Source of the DNA: the human T2T-CHM13v2.0 reference genome, Homo sapiens
Reading direction: 5' to 3' (one strand)
DNA length: 64,000 bases
Assembly (NCBI RefSeq): GCF_009914755.1
Contig: NC_060928.1
In this document: piece after piece, positions 1 through 14,515 of the stretch
How the letters are laid out: each line of letters starts with the position of its first letter
How positions within the stretch are numbered: position 1 is the stretch's first letter
Translations under genes and position numbers: made by a program
The notes under the pieces: generated by a model
Databases searched by the model: none
Told to the model about the DNA's origin: nothing
Seen by the model: the letters and a program-made list of their open reading frames with translations, nothing else

Positions 1-1072
1 CAAAACCAATTATTTAAAAGCTAACTTTTGTTAGCTTTTAAATAATTTATTAATGTGGAAATATGCTGTTTGAATCAAAAAAAGAAATAACTATAAGCTG
101 TATTTAGGAAGAGTGTACCTTCCTATTGCTCTTGAGTTTTCAAAAAGCACATCGTTCTGAACATCTTTAATATTCTCACAGGTTCAGAACCATTTTGGAG
201 AGTCAGGCAAAAGGAAAGTGTCTGATATTCTACTCATCCTAACGTTGCTGTTAATATTTTGGTATTTGCCTTCTCATTTTCCTTTGTATATTTTTTTTAG
301 TTGTAATCTTGTTGCACACAGCAGCTTTGTTTCCTTTTGTTTACTTGTCACGGCAACGGCAGCACTTTTTTCATGTTGCTGTTTACAATCTTCAAAACAC
401 AATTTTTATTGGAGCGCTCTGCTTCTTTTGGAATGGGTATTTATTGAGAGAAGGATTGAATGGACAAAACCACGTTGCTACCAGCTGATCTTTGCTTTTC
501 CCTGCCTTCCTGCACATCTGCATAGGATTCATACCGTGCTTTGTCTGGGGATGGAGAATGCTGGAAAGACAGGGGAAGTTGTTAGGATCTGGGCTGAAAA
601 TCCAGGAGCAAGACTGGGGCAGACCTGGCCACTGGGGGGGTTAACAAGCTGCTGATGGGGCAGAGGGAGTGAGGGCCTGTGGAGAGGGACTCCTGGGCTT
701 GAGGGACCACGCAGGGCCATTCTTTCTTTTGCAGACATCTTCAGCAATAACACTTCAGTGCCTCAAGGGTTTGAAAGAAGAATTACAATTTAAAAGGAAA
801 ACTCTTCATGTATGATTTGCATATGAGTGGCATCTGTATAATTAAGAACAATTAAGTTCCCTGAGCTGAATTGAAAGGGAGGCTCCTGCTTCAGTTGCTG
901 CAGTGCCTGCAGTGCAGCCTCTAGCTGTCAGGGCACTGGAGTTCTGTTGGAGGCATTCTGCCCACCTCCCCACAACCTCTAATAAAAGAAATCCTGAAAC
1001 ACTTTGCTGGGTGCTTGGCAAAACTCTTTACAAACACATTTCATTTAATCCTCACAATGGATTTAGGGGGTC

Positions 1073-1599
1073 TGTGTCAGTCAGATTCTCTAGAGGGACA
1101 GAACTGACAGAATCGATCGATCTATCTAGCTATCTGTCTTGTCTGTCTGTCTGTCTATCTATCTCCCTCCCTCCCTCCCTCCCTTCTATGTATATATATA
1201 AAGGGGAGTTTATTACAAAGTATTAAACTCACCCGATCACAAGGTCCAATAGGTTGTCTGCAAGCTGAGGAGCAAGGAAACCAGTCCGAGTCCCAAAGCT
1301 GAAGAACTTGGGAGTCTGATGTTCCAGGGCAGGAAGCATCCAGCACGGGAGAAAGCATAGGAAAAAGATGTTGGCTGGGAGGCTAAGCCAGTCTAGCCTT
1401 TTCATGCTTTTCTGCCTGCTTTATATCCTGGCTGCGCTGGCAGCTGATTAGATGGTGCCCACCCAGATTAAGGGTGGGTCTGCCTTTCCCAGCCCACTGA
1501 CTCAAATGTTAATCTCCTTTGGCAACACCCTCACGGACACACCCAGGATCAATACTCTGCATCCTTCAATCAAGTTGATACTCAGTATTAACCATCACA
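1073..1599 (-). mobile_element. MLT2A-type (HERV-L) solo LTR with internal (TCTA/TCTG/CCCT) microsatellite, inserted in a MIR remnant
   Basis: TG...CA termini; ends ...ctcagtattaaccatcaca (reverse complement of the MLT2A 5' end); 5-bp TSD GGGTC at 1068-1072 and 1600-1604. Confidence 0.88.
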
Positions 1600-1729
1600 G
1601 GGTCTTACCTTAATTTTATAATAGTGGAAACTGAACTTCTGATCACAAGAGCATTAGATGATCTCTTGTACTCATCTTTATGGTTAACTCCACCTTTGTA
1701 GATTGTTCCTGATTGGGACCCAGTGAACC

Positions 1730-2281
1730 TGTTACAGGAAAGAGGTTCTGATCTAGACCCCAAGAGAGAGTTCTTGAATCTCACACAAGAAAGAATTCAA
1801 GGCAAGTCCATAGTGCAAAGCAAAAGCAGGTTTATTAAGAAAGTAAACGAATGAAAGAATGGCTACTCCATAGTCAGAACAGCCCTGAGGGCTGCTGGTT
1901 GCCCATTTTCATGGTTATTTCTTGATGATATGCTAAATAAGGGGTGGATTATTTATGCCTCCCCTTTTTTGACCGTATAGGGTAACATACTGATGTTGCC
2001 ATGGCATTTGTAAACTGTCATGGCGCTGGTGGAGTGTAGCAGTGAGGACAACCAGAGGTCGCTCTTGTGGCCATCTTGGTTTTGGTGGGTTTCGGCCGGC
2101 TTCTTTACTGCAACCTGTTTCATCAGCAAGGCCTTTATGACCTGTATCTTGTGCTGACCTCTTATCTCATCCAAGACTTAGAATGCCTTAACTGTCTGGG
2201 AATGCAGCCCAGTAGGTTTCAGCCTCGTTTTACCCAGCTCCTATTTAAGATGGAGTTGCTCTGGTTCAAAAGCCTCTGACA
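1730..2281 (-). mobile_element. MER41A solo LTR (ERV1), full length
   Basis: Reverse complement starts TGTCAGAGGC..TGAACCAGAGCAACTCCATCTT; 552 bp; 4-bp TSD AACC at 1726-1729 and 2282-2285. Confidence 0.9.
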
Positions 2282-3934
2282 AACCTGTAGGAATTTAGCC
2301 TCATTGTTTCTTCCACTGCTGTGTTATATCTGATGGACTCCTTTCTCCCTAGACTAACTGGGAAGCAAGATGCAACTTTCCCTGATTTTTTCTCTTCTGA
2401 TTTTGCAAGAACTCTGCAGTTTCACACAACACTGAACAACTTTAAGTAGAGCGGGAACACAAGTATTTTCCCTTGTAAGGTTCCTGCCAGCCACCCCACA
2501 GGAAGGAGGTAATGTGTATCGGTATTTGAGGATGTTTTAAGCAATCTTCAAAGAGTAGGATAATTCTTACCCCTTGCCTTCCCTGAAATGTAAATGGCAG
2601 TGGTTCTTATTGACTATGCTCCTTCCAGGACTTTGTTCCTTCCAGGTGGGGATGTCACCTGTGTGCTCCTTCTAGCACCTCTTTTCTTTCTGGTGTGGCC
2701 ACATCAGTCTGGAATACCCTCCCACCTTTGGTTCCCTGAAGCATCTCATGGAGGTCCTTGTACGTCCCTGCAGGTCTAGTTACGAAGCAGAAGGATAGGC
2801 TCTAAACCAGTCACATGCAGGCACTTCCCAGTTTACATCAGTGCAGGGCCAAAGCCACCCTAGGCCCCCACCAGAACCAATGGGTTTTCCCAGTGAAAGA
2901 CAGCAGGAACCATCCTTTCCATACTTAGGATTTTCTTTGTTTTACCATCAGATTTGGGTTATGTTTGAGTGACTTTTATTGCTTCAGCCACTTAGCTTTC
3001 TGGTTTATTGGGATGCTCTGCTTCTGGCCGCCCTGAAAGGCTGGCACTGCTGAAAAACCCGCCTCCCTCAGGGCAAGCAGGGGCTGGAGTGATGAGGCCA
3101 TGTAGTATTAGTTCCGCTGAGCAGCTGCTGCTGGCAATTTCTGGTGTTGGAAAAGAATGGGAAGCTGTTCCAGTTAGAATTAAAGCTTACATCTTAAGAG
3201 AGTGTTTTCTCTCTCCTGAGAGAGTCTGCAGATATGCAGCCGCTGGCTCCAGGAAGTCTTTAGGGACCCCACGTCGCCTTCCCCAGGGTACTGGGATCTC
3301 CTACTCGTGGGACAAGGTGGAGACGTTTGTTTTCCTGGCAGCAGTTTGGAAACTGCCGGCGCGATACTTCGGCTTTCACCCCATTTGCTGGAACTTAGTC
3401 CCGTGGCCGTACCCAGATGCAGAGAAGCCTTGGAAATATGCCCACTTAAAAATTCCATTATGTGAAAGAAGACGAGAAGGGGGGATATTAGGGGCCAAAG
3501 AGCAACCTCTGTCACAGAACCTTGGGAAAGAAACAGTGAGATCTTTACCATTATTTCTCAAGGAAAAATTGCTTTTCATACAACATATGTTTAAGTCACA
3601 TACCTCCCCCAAAAGGGGGGGAGGCGGAAAAAAACCCAACAAAACAAACACCCAGCAGTCCTCTGACTTGTGTTAAGGAGTCCTTGTTTTTCTGGGCACA
3701 CTCTAGACTGGTTTCTCCAGTGCCAGTGTTTGTTGGGTTTCATATAAGAAAAATCGTTTTTAAAGTCCTCCTCTGACAGTGGGGTTATATTATATAAGTG
3801 AGCTTGGTGATAGTAAATTATACTTTATGGGCAAGTGTGTGGTCTATGCTAGTCTGCTGAATGGACAGCATGAAACTTCAATTAAAAAGGTTTCTGCTGC
3901 ATTCCGTTTTAAAAACATTATGTTCAGAGGCTAG

Positions 3935-3965
<31 letters not shown>

Positions 3966-4271
3966 AGAGAAGACTTAACTTTTTGAATAATGACATATTG
4001 TCTGGGTATTCTGAGAGATGGGACTGGGCCCTGGTGGAGTGAAACACTGATATACATGTTAGTATTGTGCTCGACTGTAACAGCTGCTGTGAAGCAGGAG
4101 GCTCCCTTGCTCCTGCCGGCTCCTTTACTCATGAGGCTGGTCCTTCAAAGAATAGTTAGAAATTTTTCATTAGATTTTTCTGGCAATCTTGTTAACATTC
4201 TTTGTATTTGTCTGAAGATCATTTTGAGATATTTGCTCATATTGGGACTTTAAAAAAAAAACACCTGTCAG

Positions 4272-4595
4272 GGCCGGGCACGGTGGCTTACGCCTGTAAT
4301 TCCAGCACTATGGGAGGCCGAGGCAGGCGGATCCCCTGAGGTTGAGAGTTCCAGACCAGCCTGACCAACGTGGAGAAACCCCGTCTCTACTAAAAATACA
4401 AAATTAGCCGGGCATGGTGGCGGGTGCCTGTAATCCCAGCTACTGGGGAAGGCTGAGGCAGGAGAATTGCTTGAACCCGGGAGGCGGAGGTTGCAGTGAG
4501 CTGAGATCGCGCCACTGCCCTCCAGCCTGGGCAACAAGAGTGAAACTTTGTCTCAAAAATAAAAACAAAAAAACAAAAAAAAAAACCCCAAAACA
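4272..4595 (+). mobile_element. AluS (Sp/Sq-like)
   Basis: Full dimer, A-rich tail, TSD approximately aaaaca(c/t)ctgtcag. Confidence 0.93.
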
Positions 4596-5579
4596 AAAAA
4601 CATCTGTCAGTTCAGTGTGTTTTAGTAAAATATTATTCCGGGTCATAAAGTTACATAGGATTGTTCTTCGGTCCTACTGAGAAACTCTAGAAATTAATTA
4701 TCTTTTGTACTTCACTTTTTATCTTATCAGCCTTTCTGTGATCTGTATGCCTTAACTTGTGTTTTTTCACTTCGTTAAAACTCTTCCTCCAGCCTTACCT
4801 GAAGACAGCACGTTCAGCCTTCTAGATCCTACTCAAATGCCACCTCTTCCAAAAGGCATTTCCTAACCTATTCCACGCCAGGTGATCTCTTCCTCTTGTG
4901 GATACTTAAAGTACTGTGGACTGTGCTCTCCCTTGTATCATATGTGTTATGTATTGTAGGAGGTGTGTGATACATACATAACACTGTGAGCCTGTGAAAG
5001 TTAGGCAGCCTGTTTTTATTTGCCTTTGGGGATTTCTGAATCTAACTGCCTTGGGTAGATAGAAGAAATGAATGTTGGTGGGATTTGGCATGTCTGCCTT
5101 TACAGTATGAATAAGTTCAGCTACCAAGTTGCTTAAAGTGTTATAGATGAGCTTTAAAACGTGGCTAGTGCACCTTTAGGAAACTAATAACTTAAATTTT
5201 TATGGACACTTTGAGAACTCACGGTTGGTTTTCTAAAAATAACATGCACGGTAATGCATGAGCTTGCATTGTCCACCCATGATCAAAGAGGAAAAAGTCC
5301 TTCATCCCTAGACTCCCTTATCTGCTTAGGGTTCGTGTGAATTTCTGCTTTGGCTTCTTTTTTTTATGTATAGTGTCTGGCAAACTCTGTTAATGCTGGA
5401 GGTATCTAATACTGAATGTTCGTGCTAACTTGTCCTAGAGCTGAAAGGTAATGCAAAATGTATTTTGTATTTTGCAGATGTTATAATCACATTTCATTAT
5501 TTTAACATATAGTAGAGTGACCTACCCTAGCGTCTAGGAAAGATGTCAAATCTTTAAACCACAGAGGAGAAGCCATGAA

Positions 5580-5637
5580 AGTAAGGAGAAAGTTGGAATG
5601 GGAGTTGGAGTAAGGAGAAAGTTGGGATGGGAGTTGG
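5580..5637. repeat. 29-bp tandem duplication (agtaaggagaaagttgg[a/g]atgggagttgg x2)
   Basis: Two adjacent copies with one mismatch. Confidence 0.9.
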
Positions 5638-5939
5638 GGAAATGTGAGCTTAATTGCTGGCCTATTCTTTAATAGGGTTTTGCAAAGTCCTTTAACTAGT
5701 TGGCTAAAGTAGATCTTTATAGTATGTGGAATGTGGTAAGAGTAAATATGTAAATATAATAATGTATTTTAAAATTCTTTGAATTGGAGAGAAAATGCCT
5801 TTTGGTCCTCATGGAATGTGGGGGTGAGGGACAGATTTCTTTGGTTGCACATGGAGTTATGGAAGACACAAGAGTCAGGGTATCAACAAAGCTTTCAGCT
5901 GGGCAGGTAGGCCAAGGCACTCACTGGCGTGGGAATATA

Positions 5940-7110
5940 GTACAGCCAGCTGAGGGGCGTTGCAAGCAAGATGGTGAACTGCATCTTTTATTCCATTGGG
6001 AGGTGCCTGTGGGCCATCCACGGGATGAGGCCTGGTACAGATGGAAACACGAGTCAGGAGCTCAGCAGAGTCTAGGCCACAGATACACAGGCTTGGGAAA
6101 TGAATCAGTCAAACCACAGAAACCAAACTTTGGCTGATTTGAGCTGAAAAGATGTTGGGCAGCTGACAGAATCTCTAGGAAGACCAAAGAACCAGGCCCA
6201 GAAACCAAGCCGGCAAAAAGAGGGATTAGCAGCTAGAGCCACAGCCAAAAATATTCCATGGAAATAGACTGCTGAGAACCCCACCCCATCACTTACCCTG
6301 CTACAGTACTGCTCTGGTCCCCCAGGACAGATTCTTCAACTTCTTTGCTTCCTTGTGGCATCAGCTTGAGGAGGCCCTGCCTCAGGCGGGTAAATCTGGA
6401 GAAGTCTGGGTCATGGGCTAGCACCCCAGCTGTTAGTGGGGCTAGGTAAAACTAGTATCTGGCCCTTTCCGAATCCAGGAGGGATGACCATGGGAAATGT
6501 ACCAATGCAGTAAAGGAAGATGCTGAACAGCTACAGTGATCACAAATGTCAGTGAAGGAAGCATTAATCTGTGGGTGATAGGCAAACCCACTGGATAGGT
6601 ACAATAGGCTAGAGTGAGAAAAGAGTAGAGGAAGAGCTTTGGAAATGACAGCATGGAAGAGATAGGCAGAGGAAGAGGAGTTAGAAAGGGAGAAGGAGCA
6701 GCCACAGAGGTAGGAGGTAGTGGGGAGGTTTCCTGGAAACCAAGGGAGAGCCATTCAAGAGAGGGTAGCCAGTGGAGAGGCCAAGTCAGCTCGGTACTTG
6801 ATTTCGCAGGCTGTGATCATTTATGACCTCAGCAAGGGCCACGTTGCAGAGAGGGCTGGGGCCAGAGAGCAGTCAGGTGGAGGCAGTGTAGTGAAGGGGC
6901 TGTGAATGCACGATCACATTCCCATTCAGCCACCCCACAGCCAGGTGCGCTTCGGCAAGTTGTTTAAATCCCCAGAGCATCTTTGTGTGCGAAAGTGCAA
7001 TGGATGATTATTGGTATCCACATAGGGTTCTTAGGATTATATATAATAAAGTGCTTGGCACAACATCTGGTATACTACAAGTACTTAATAAATTTACTTG
7101 CTGTCATTGT
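5940..7110. mobile_element. Cluster of old L2/MIR (and possibly MLT1) remnants; boundaries approximate
   Basis: L2-like 'ggagctcagcagagtctagg..agatacacaggcttgggaa' and MIR-like 'aaagtgcttggcacaacatctggtatactacaagtacttaataaat'. Confidence 0.5.
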
Positions 7111-9670
7111 TACATCACCTATGGTTTGGCTTCAAAGGGAAGAAGAGGACTTGAAGCGGCTAGGGAAGGTGAAGAAGGATCTTAAGTGAGCAGGGCATGA
7201 TTCTTTTCATGTAAGTAAGTGGAGGAGACAGAGCTGGGAGGGAGATGGAAATCCTGGAGAGGGCAGGACAGGGGGCTGTGAGCCTGGGATGCATCCAGAA
7301 AGAGCAACTGTGGGGTTAGTCTGACAGACGCAATGTCTCCTCCTTGGATAGTGTGGATGCATAGGTCATCAGCAATATGAGGGACAGATTAGTGTGGATG
7401 ACTTTTGTCGCTGTCTTAGGAAGGCCAGCCATCAACACGCTGGGCTGCTGTACATCCCCAGGTGCTGTTATTAGCGAGAGCGCCTCCAACAGACCACTCT
7501 TGGTATCGCTCCAAGGACTTTTTGATTCCTCTCTTTTGGTTTAATAATTGCTTTGACCTTGAAGCCTGAAGCTTTCTACAGTGAAAGAAACTAGGAAAAT
7601 CATGTCCTACCAAAAAACTTTTTCTTATTGGTAGGATTTTAATGGAGAAAAATACTGGTTTCTGCCTCTATTGTTAAATGGTTCTTTTCAAGTAGTTAAT
7701 TGACTGGTAAGAATGGCAGTTCCAGCTTAAGTAGCAATGCCTGTGTCTTTTATGTTTTTTCCTATCAGTAAACTTCTGGGGAGAAGTATTTTTTAAATTA
7801 AAAATAAAAACAGAAAAAACGACTTGTACTAAGATCATGATGTAGAATTTTATAACTATGTAGTTGTGTAACTCATTTAATAAATTGTGCAGCTTAGGCC
7901 ATTTGTTTTTCAAGGAAGGCCCTAAAGGTCAGTGCCTTGCCTCAGTTCATAGGCGTTTCCAGGCAGTGAGAGCCTGGGGAAGGCCGCCGCCTGGAGTAAC
8001 CAGTCTGATTGTTGGCATGCATCGGTATAGACACCCCCCAGGCTGGGACTTTTTATATCTGTGCAGGGATCGATTTGAAGTCCAGTTGCATAATGGAAAA
8101 ATACTGAATTCCTCTAAGGTCCCAGGAGGTAGCAGCTGGGTCTTAGAAATACCTGTCTCCTGCTCAGAGGAAGATGGTGGTTGACTAAGTATCCCATCAG
8201 ACACACTGTTTAGAAGAAAGGGACCAAGGAGATTAATGCAGGGATTTCTGCCATTATGGAGTCTCCAGGTCTCTTCCAGCATTTCCAGCTGTGGGATCTC
8301 TCATTTCTTTGAATAATGAGAACAGCCCAGTAAGTGTCTCGTTAGCATAACATGTCATTCCTTGAGCACTTCAGAGTCTTGATACAATAACATTATTCTG
8401 GTTACCGTGGTCTACTTAGTTACCTTTCTTGAGGCAGAGGGGGTTTGTGAAATGGATGGGAAACCTTTCCTCTTGTCCATGCAACCTTTTGCCAACATCC
8501 AGCGGCTAAAGCCATTGTTGCTGTGGCCACAAGGTTTTTGTTTTTGAAACACCCACTGTCCTTTCAGGTGTTGGAAGAGTTTGCATCTCAAAGACAGCTA
8601 GCTAGATGTGGGGGCATCAAGAGATGGATGAAACCCAGTTCGCTGAGGAATATGGAAACCCAGACAGTTCAGTCCTCGATGTAGGTGCTCACTGTTGTGT
8701 CTCAGATCCCTGTTAGGAGGTGAAGCTATTTTTCACTTGTTCGAAAGGACAGGCCCTCTTCTGAAACACTGTGGTGTTCTCCAAGAGCTGAGTAAACCCT
8801 TAGGAATAAGGCCAGCACACATCCACAGCACGTCACCTGGGGAAGTGTCTGCTGAGTTTCCCTCGCTATCCTCCTCATGGGCCAGCAAAGCCTTCCTGGG
8901 TAGCTGCTATGGGGCCCAGGCTGCCCTCTGCCTTGGGCTGGCCCTCTTCCCTTACCCCTCACACTGGCTTCCCTGCCTCACTCTCCTCACTCCACCCCTG
9001 GAGCCAGCAGGCCAGCTTGTGAGTGCACTTTCTGTGCTCAGTTCTCCAAGGTGGTCCATGCTATCTTCACTCCTGCCATTGGCCTTACTGGAAGCAGCCT
9101 TTGTTCAGTGTCCCTCCGTGGTAGCTGCTCATTGAGGCCCACTCAGATAGCCCCATTCTCCAAAGGCTTTGCTGAGTTTCTCCGGTGGGTTTTCGCTCTT
9201 CTGTTTTTGGACTCTCCTGATCTCTGGGTTTTGATCGTGGGCATATGAGGCAGTCCAGCCTCCTGGGTGGTAAGCCTGAGGGGAGCATCTTCCTGGAGCT
9301 GACCACCTGCCTCCGTGCAGCTGAGCCTTATTAAATTGCCAAGAGCTTTGAGGTGGGGTCAGCAGTCTCTGGCCCTGCCTCTCACTCTGGGGAGATGAAG
9401 CTTTGTCTTTGAAATGACGTGTTTTGGTTGGATAACATTTGTGAACAGCTGGAACAGTTGGTTACAGCCAACTCATTTCCATGTCTAAGTTACTGGACTC
9501 ATTTTTTAAAGTGTGTCTGATATCAGCAGACAGATTTAATTTTCCTAGGCATAAGAAATCTGGGCATCTACATGCTTTTGAAGGATCTTGGAGTCATCCA
9601 ATGCAGCTTGCTCATTTTGTTGAAGAAGAAACTGAATCCCTGTGTCACATTGGCGTTCACGTCACACTAG

Positions 9671-10029
<359 letters not shown>

Positions 10030-10355
10030 CAAACTGTTTCTTTGTTGTATGTCTGTAGAAAAAAATGTGGCCAAAGTTTTTAAAAAGATTTTTTTCTTTT
10101 AAAAGATAAAAGAAAAAAGGCCAGGTAAAATCTTAGGCAAAGATCAATGTTTTTTCAAAATAAGACATGTGGAAATCCTTGTCTACAGGTCCTGCTGCTG
10201 AGAAAGCTCAGCTCTTTGCAGAAGGTCTTCAAAATAAGGACTAAGAGTGTGTGGAACAGGATCTGTATCAACAAGAGCTCAGACACTGCAGATGGCTCTT
10301 GCCTTTATTTCTTATCCTCGTGCCTTTCTCCTGTTATAGAAGCAAAATGGCCCCT

Positions 10356-10633
10356 TTTATGTGTTGCCCAGGCTGGAGTGCAGTGGTGCGGTCATTGCTC
10401 CCTGCAGCTTTGAACTCCTGGGCTCAAGGGATCTTCCACCTCAGCCTCCTCAGTAGTTGGGACTACCAGCGTGTGCCACTGAGCTCGGATAATATATATG
10501 TTATATATATAGTAATAGAGATGAGGTCTCACCGTATTGCCCAGGCTGGTCTCGAACTCCTAGGCTTGAGCAATCCTCCCACCTTGTCCTCTTAAAGTGC
10601 GGGGATTACAGGTGTGAGCCACTGCACCCGGTC
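10356..10633 (-). mobile_element. AluJ, tail-truncated
   Basis: Diverged antisense Alu with AT-rich linker. Confidence 0.85.
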
Positions 10634-11088
10634 CATTTTTCTCTTTTAACTAGGAGCTTTTTTTTTTTTTTTACAATTATCTTACAGATGGAGAAGGGGT
10701 GAAAATTAGAAATATGTGGCATAAATTTATCATTGATTTCTACAAGATGCATGTAATTATTTGATGCCAGGTTGTGGGGACTCCTAAGAGTAAAAGAGGC
10801 CAGGTGGTCTTTGACATACATGAATCATTATTATTAAGGGTGAAATATGAGAAGGGTGAAATGTGAAATGCTGACTTTCGCAAGAAAGGGGGGAAAAGGA
10901 GGAAATTTTATCTTTTATTGCTATAGTTCTTGAGATTTAAGTTATTTCTTTGAAGCGAACTTTGGCATTTCAAACAGGATATAATTTCTTGGCACTGATA
11001 TTTGAGGATAATTGTTCATGTCTGTAGCTGACTAAATTTTAGCAGTTTGTTCTCTCCCACACTCCCCCAGTTTTTTAACAAATATTTG

Positions 11089-11385
<297 letters not shown>

Positions 11386-12734
11386 CAAATATTTGAAACA
11401 TATGCATGTGTAAGTACTCTCCAGATCATTACCTATGTCTGAAATAGTTTTACCTGCAAGCGCTTTTAAATTTATATACTGACGTTAAAACTCCTTATAA
11501 CTTAATGTAGTATTTTTCAAGCTGTAAAGTCAATTAAGCTGAAATCAGCCAATGAGAAAAATAACTTATTTTATGACTCTTAGAGAAAAAAAAATTGGCA
11601 TGGTTTTATTTCTCTATTTGGGATCAAAATAGAGTTTTCTTTGAAGTTAGAGACACTCTGGCTATTTCTGCCATATTACTCTAGGTTTGGCCCTAAATGT
11701 CTGATTTTTATTGGGTATGTAAAACTTTCTAATTGTGGAATTTAAAAACCTCTATCAGAATATGAGACAGCCAAAGTTTATATTTCATTTATTCTATAAT
11801 ATTCAGAGCTAATTATTACCATCCCGTTTGGGGCTTTTAATTCCAGAGGTCGATATTGACTTTAAGCTCAATCAGCTTCTCCATCTGTTCTCTTTGCTTT
11901 TCTTATTAGATGAGGGTCATCCTCTTAGTAATATGAGCGAATATTTATTGACCTTAATGAAGCCTTTGCTTCATATCTGGCACATCATTTTATCTCATCC
12001 TATTATTTCATTTTATTCTCATGATAACTATGGGGTAGATCGTTTCCATTTTACAGAGAATAAGGTTAGGACTTGAGAGAGGTTAAGTGACTGATACTCT
12101 CAGGGCTGGAAGGTGATGGCCATAGGCCTCGAGTGCTCTGCTTCCCAAGCCGTCATCAGCAGGCCAGACTGCATCGGTTCCTTGGATAGGTCGTACAGTG
12201 CCTGAACTTGACACAGGGCTCATGTTTCCCACTTCCACAGATCTGGATTGGAATTTGGGCTCTGCCTTTTAGTAGCTATGTGACCTTGGGTGAATTACTT
12301 AAATCCTCCAAACCTCATCTGTTCATGTGGAGGTTGTGTAAAATCTGATGGCAAATTCACTTTTCAGTGCACAAGACAGGAAGAAGACTGTCATTAATTG
12401 CTTTATGCTATGCAGTAGCCTGACTTTTCTCAAAATTATTTTTGGTACATGAAGTTGCCTGTTTTTTTTTTTCTTCTTCTGAAATACTGAGCCTGGCCAG
12501 CTCCGTCTGGAGTAGGGTCCCTGTGGTGGACCTGCTGTGGGCACCTCTTCACCTTCGTTACCACCTGTGGTTCTTCACGTCGTTTCCGGAGGCAACTTCT
12601 CTGCAAGCCAGTTGTAGGATTAGTGCTGGCCTTTTAGGGTTTGAGTAAATAGCATACCTCTTCTCCGACCGTGTTCAAAACAAGTGAAGAGATTGACAAG
12701 AATTAGGCAGATGGAGCCCAAGGCATTACTTTAT

Positions 12735-13044
12735 TTTTTTTTAATTTCTTTTTATTTTTTTGAGACGGAGTCTCGCTCTGTCGCCAAGGCTGGATGGAGT
12801 GCAGTGGCACGATCTTGGCTCACTGCAAGCTCTGCGTCCCGGGTTCATGCTATTCTCCTGCCTCAGCCTCCTGAGTAGCTGGGACTACAGGCGCCCGCCA
12901 CCACGCCCAGCTAATTTTTGTATTTTTAGTAGAGACGGGGTTTCACTGTGTTAGCCAGGATAGCCTTGATCTCCTGACCTTGTGATCTGTCCGCCTCAGC
13001 CTCCCAAAGTGCTGGGATTACAGGCGTGAGCCACTGCGTCCGGC
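12735..13044 (-). mobile_element. AluY
   Basis: Full dimer; TSD ggcat(t/c)actttatt. Confidence 0.92.
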
Positions 13045-13360
13045 GGCATCACTTTATTATTAATACAGCTGGTGCTGGAGATAGAATAAAGGAGGTACAA
13101 ACAGACTATAATGGAGAGAGGATAGAGAAAGAGAAGCTTAGGTAAAGGCAGAAAGTGGAGGGAGGAAGAAAAGATTGCAACTAGATTCTTCCTGTGAGAC
13201 AAGGACTTTGGAAGGGTTCTCGGGTCTCTGCATTGTTTGTACCTTCAAGAAAAATGGGGCCTTGGAGAGGGAGTTGCTGAAAGGTCACAAAGCCTGTTGG
13301 CCAGCAGGTTTAAAAGTCAAATTTCCATTCCTGGACCAGCCTTTGAACCAGCTTGGTTGA

Positions 13361-13770
<410 letters not shown>

Positions 13771-14515
13771 TAGGAGCTTCTTCAGTTAAACCTCTTTAGA
13801 TTAATAGAGCTTTTAAAATGTCATATGGAAGTTGATGGTTTTTCATACTCATATGTGTATTTTGTATTTTATGTTTTTAAGTATGTTTATATGTCATGTA
13901 TCTTTATTATGGTTTTCTTTTACATGTTTTTAAAAATATGTTTTGATATGTTTTTCTGCTATATTGATTTGTGCCTTTTGACTATGAAGGAAAATGAAAT
14001 CATAGTGATGATTAATAACTGAAATGTGACCTGCCATGTGAGATTGTGTATGATTGTTATTCTTATGCAGGCTTGTGATGGTTGTAGCCTCACCAGCTAT
14101 GCGACACTGTCCTTGCCTTGTTATAAGAAGTCTTAACAAAGTCAGAGGCCACAGTCCCCCAGGCCAACTTTACTTGTATATCATTTCCTGATTTAGGGTT
14201 TATGAAAATAGCCATGTCATCCAAATTCACCCAGAAATGAAGGCTATTACAAATTAAATCCATCTCTATTTCTGTCTGAATGCTTAAAAAATCTGTACAT
14301 TTGATATGAAGTTCTACTAACCGTAATCTTAAATTATCTTAAGTTTACAACTCTAGAATTATACCAGACTTCTAATAGTTCAATTTTATCATTTAAAATC
14401 TATGAGGGAGTAAAATTATATGTCATGCATTGAGAGTCATTAGTCTAAGTACGTTATATCTCAGCATTTAAATGTTAAAACTACAACAAAATCAACCTCT
14501 CTTTTCTTTTTTTAG

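Noticed and set aside
3083-3125. C/D-box-like arrangement (gctg..GTGATGA...CTGA.cagc)
   Set aside because: Only 43 nt with 21 nt between boxes, no room for C'/D' boxes, and a mismatch at the stem base; too short for a snoRNA and likely chance.
3008-3676. 222-aa ORF, the longest in the track
   Set aside because: TTG start, no recognisable domain, no splice linkage to the gene, and overlapping antisense ORFs; consistent with a chance ORF in a GC-richer patch.
3936-3961. Orphan T26 tract followed by GAG
   Set aside because: No SINE body follows, and GAG is a poor acceptor with no obvious paired donor; treated as a simple homopolymer.
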